This document shows, one piece after another, positions 7,945-11,056 of a DNA stretch of 11,056 bases (position 1 is its first letter; the number at the start of each line of letters is the position of its first letter). The DNA lies in contig NW_002061081.1 of NCBI RefSeq assembly GCF_000150275.1, forward strand, positions 1 to 11,056, written 5' to 3'. A program made the position numbers and the translations under genes. Source of the stretch: Trichoplax adhaerens (taxonomy: Eukaryota > Animalia > Placozoa). Under the pieces are notes generated by a model that did no database searches, had not been told where the DNA came from, and was given only the letters and a program-made list of their open reading frames with translations.

Positions 7945-8427
7945 GTATCAGAGAACAGACAGTTGGCAATTGATCCTTACTCTAATAAACTTTTAATACT
8001 AAAACATTTTATAACAACAACTGCACCTCTAATCATAGACAAAATTGATCTTTTACAAAACTAAGTAAGCAAAAAACTGATTTTCTTGCAGTGTAAAATA
8101 TGGCACAGCAATCAATATTATGCAATGGAAATCCATGAACACATTTCAGTTTTCTTGTATAAAATAAAATTACTGCACGTATTTAGCCATTCGGCTCATT
8201 TGTTAATTAAAAGTCATGATATCTCGTCAAATTTGTATAAGCAGTTAATCCTATATGAAAATCAATCTAGTTTGAATATTTATAACCCCCAAACACTACA
8301 GCTACAAATCACTCTACCATTCCCTCACTTCCAGATAGGGGACATGCAATGGAATCTTCAACACTCTCAACTCATCATCAGGAGTGATCAGGATTACTGC
8401 TTAGCAAATCCAATGAAAAAGGAATAA
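7945..8427 (+). pseudogene. Probable decayed beta-propeller (NHL/YWTD/WD40-like) coding segment
   Basis: One frame runs 161 codons with a single internal stop (TAA 8062-8064). It contains blade-like stretches RQLAIDPYSNKLLIL...IDKIDL and SSLNIYNPQTLQLQITL......IGDMQWN....QLII. More stops occur upstream in the same frame. Confidence 0.45.
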
Positions 8428-8490
8428 TATTTGCGTGAAATGTAAAGTTAATCTTGTATCTTGTACCCAGTGCAATTTAACGAGAGTGTC

Positions 8491-9008
8491 AATAAACTAA
8501 GTTAATATTGCTTCCATAATCAATGAAGATGATTGATGTGTATACTGTACAAATGGATAAAGTATACCCCAATGTCAGTAAAACCAATACCCAAAAATAA
8601 ATAAAGCAAAACATGATTAAAAGCAGTGTAGTCTATGTCTAGTCTATGGTCAATGCTATTGCTGAGTTAGTTTAATGTCTATTACAAATCGTAGTCAAAG
8701 AGCGACTTGAAAGAGAAAAGGAAAAACATCTGTACAAAACATTGGTAAAATAGGAGAACATAAAGATCAACATTGGGATGGAGAAAATGGATTGCAAAAT
8801 TGCAGCCTATCTATCATTAAGCATCCCATCTAGTCTAAAGTAGATATTGATGACAGTCTTGTAATACTGTAGATGGCGATCTCTTCAGCTATTAATAAAC
8901 TAAATTAACATTACTTCTATCAATCAAGATGATAGATGTGTATACTGTACTGATGGATAAAGTATACCCCTAATGTCAGTAAAACCAATACCCAAAAATA
9001 AATAAAGC
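8491..9008. repeat. Direct repeat of ~117 bp (8491-8607 and 8894-9008), spacing ~400 bp
   Basis: Shared core gatgtgtatactgtac..atggataaagtatacccc(t)aatgtcagtaaaaccaatacccaaaaataaataaagc; the second copy ends 12 bp before the assembly gap. Confidence 0.95.
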
Positions 9009-9020
9009 GAGACACCATGC

Positions 9021-9402
9021 NNNNNNNNNNNNNNNNNNNNNNNNNNNNNNNNNNNNNNNNNNNNNNNNNNNNNNNNNNNNNNNNNNNNNNNNNNNNNNNN
9101 NNNNNNNNNNNNNNNNNNNNNNNNNNNNNNNNNNNNNNNNNNNNNNNNNNNNNNNNNNNNNNNNNNNNNNNNNNNNNNNNNNNNNNNNNNNNNNNNNNNN
9201 NNNNNNNNNNNNNNNNNNNNNNNNNNNNNNNNNNNNNNNNNNNNNNNNNNNNNNNNNNNNNNNNNNNNNNNNNNNNNNNNNNNNNNNNNNNNNNNNNNNN
9301 NNNNNNNNNNNNNNNNNNNNNNNNNNNNNNNNNNNNNNNNNNNNNNNNNNNNNNNNNNNNNNNNNNNNNNNNNNNNNNNNNNNNNNNNNNNNNNNNNNNN
9401 NN
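9021..9402. other. Assembly gap (382 N)
   Basis: Run of N characters. Confidence 1.
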
Positions 9403-9824
9403 CAAAATAACATGAGAAGATAAAATAGTCTGCTAGCAAAGGGCGATCATGACTGGAAGGGATATTGCAAACAGAAAATCGTCTTACCTTGTTGTCCATG
9501 TTGTCTTCCACTTTTTCCCGACCCCAAAGGTGAGATTGAGATTTCAATTAGAGCCAAGAAAAGTTGATGGCGAGCATGCAGTAAGCAGCGTGGCTGTGCG
9601 ATACTTTCTCAGTCCAAGTGAGGTTACTCGGTTGATATCTTGCTTATAATATTGTCCGCTGTAGAGTCAATTCCTACTCCTATAGGGCGACAAGCTGTTT
9701 TGCACAGTAGCTTGCAGCGCCGACTCTCTACTTAGTTTTCCTCTTCTTCTACTGCCTTCTACACGTGAAATGGCAGTCAACCATCAAACATCTTTTTTTC
9801 TCACATTCTTTTTCCATACTACAG

Positions 9825-10084
9825 ATTTCTCTCTTATACTTATTAATCTGTGCTTTTGACAGATATTGTTGGGTGTTAGCATTCTCATCTTGCTTAGCAG
9901 GTAAGTCTTTCAACCAGTTAAAGCAATCTTAATCGATGTCATTTTAAACGCAAACCCTAACATTATTGCCATAATATAATCGTCTCTTTATCGCCATTAG
10001 ACCTATAGTTGACATTTTGGGTTGTGAACTGAATTTCTCTTATACTTGTTAATCTGTGTGTTTTATAGATATTACTGGGTGTTA
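9825..10084 (+). repeat. Direct repeat of ~53 bp (9825-9878 and 10033-10084), each containing a 3' splice-site-like sequence
   Basis: atttctct(ct)tatactt.ttaatctgtg...tt.a.ag|atatt..tgggtgtta in both copies. Confidence 0.85.
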
Positions 10085-11056
10085 TCCCTGGACAATATCC
10101 TGGATTATCCCTGCACGGTAATCATTTCTGGTGTTTACTAGCACTAGTCAATCGTTTCACACTTTGTACCATGTTGACTTTCATGCTAAAAATTAGTGAT
10201 GAGTTAATGACTGGTTTGAAAATGGAATTGCTCAAGTACGGCCAAGTTTTGGTTAAAATCATTACGTAAATTCATTATGTAGTCGCTTCAATTAACGTTA
10301 CTCAAGATCTTTACTAAATCAATTGCTGTCACTTATACAGTCCGTTTTCCTTATTAGCTATCATTCCAAATTTCGCCAACTTGCTAAAGTTCATAATCAA
10401 TTGTAAAGATAAACACGAGTACCTGCATATCTAGTTGTCATTTCGATAGAATGTAGTTATTATTATGAAAGGTTTTGTAGAACTGTAGACAAATATCTGT
10501 TGTATAACATATATATATAAGCATATAAGCATGTTACAAAATTTTTGATAGCAGACTCTACCCTAAATTACAATGACTTGATGGACATTACTCAAGGTAT
10601 TAAAGTAGAATAAGTATTGCCAGTTTTAACTTATTACAGATCGTCAACTTCCCAAGGGGATGACCAAAAACACAAGGAATTACTAAACTATAATTGGCTA
10701 GTACAATAGACGAGTGGATATTTTGGATGAACAAGATAGAGAAGCAAGAATGAGATACTCGATTTGATCACAAAGTCTTGGGTGGGCTATGCGCCTTGCT
10801 GACGAAGATTGACCTAGAAGAAAATATTGACTGACTAGCTTTACTGACATGGCAAGTTGTTCAATAAACTGAATTACAATCAAATGACTCATTATACTGT
10901 ATATTATGACTATCATCCATGCCATTGCTATTCACTTTCATTACTCTAGTGCAAGGATTACTTAAATATAGTATAATCAAAGCCGTCTGTATTCTTGAAT
11001 CAACTATTGATCAACTAACATTTTCCTGTTGTCTGATCGTGTGACAAGTACGCGTA

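Noticed and set aside
7664-7969. 101-aa minus-strand ORF
   Set aside because: Non-ATG start and no recognisable motif.
8920-9547. ORFs spanning the N run
   Set aside because: Artefacts of the assembly gap.
9488-9560. Minus-frame SPLGSGKS resembling a Walker A motif
   Set aside because: Short frame with stops just upstream and no other NTPase motifs.
10698-10925. 75-aa minus-strand hydrophobic ORF
   Set aside because: No recognisable domain; its composition is consistent with a chance ORF in AT-rich DNA.
1-11056. CRISPR array, prokaryotic defence system, tRNA or rRNA
   Set aside because: All repeats are two-copy duplications without a spacer structure, the genes are spliced, and I saw no structural RNA signatures.

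Overview
AT-rich, intron-containing animal genomic DNA with a 382-N assembly gap (9021-9402). It is not prokaryotic: there are no operons, CRISPR arrays, tRNAs or rRNAs. The 42-aa-type TPR repeats spliced to a Roc GTPase domain, the short GT-AG introns and the base composition suggest an early-branching metazoan, most plausibly a placozoan (Trichoplax-like); this is inference. Left end (+ strand): a decayed TPR-Roc (ROCO-family) gene with a degenerate P-loop, a premature stop, a 2-bp frameshift and a second diverged copy of the Roc G3 segment. Convergent with it (- strand): a small, apparently intact gene for a secreted prepro-peptide (signal peptide, acidic pro-region, KR and KK sites, heptad helix). 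It has a readable core promoter (TATA, Inr, non-coding exon 1), a perfect CRE, a perfect COE/EBF-type palindrome and an inverted TAATTAATGA pair. This is the most interesting element. The rest is mostly non-coding, with a 108-bp tandem duplication, a probable beta-propeller pseudogene fragment, a ~117-bp repeat at ~400-bp spacing next to the gap, and weakly supported micro-exons at the right end.
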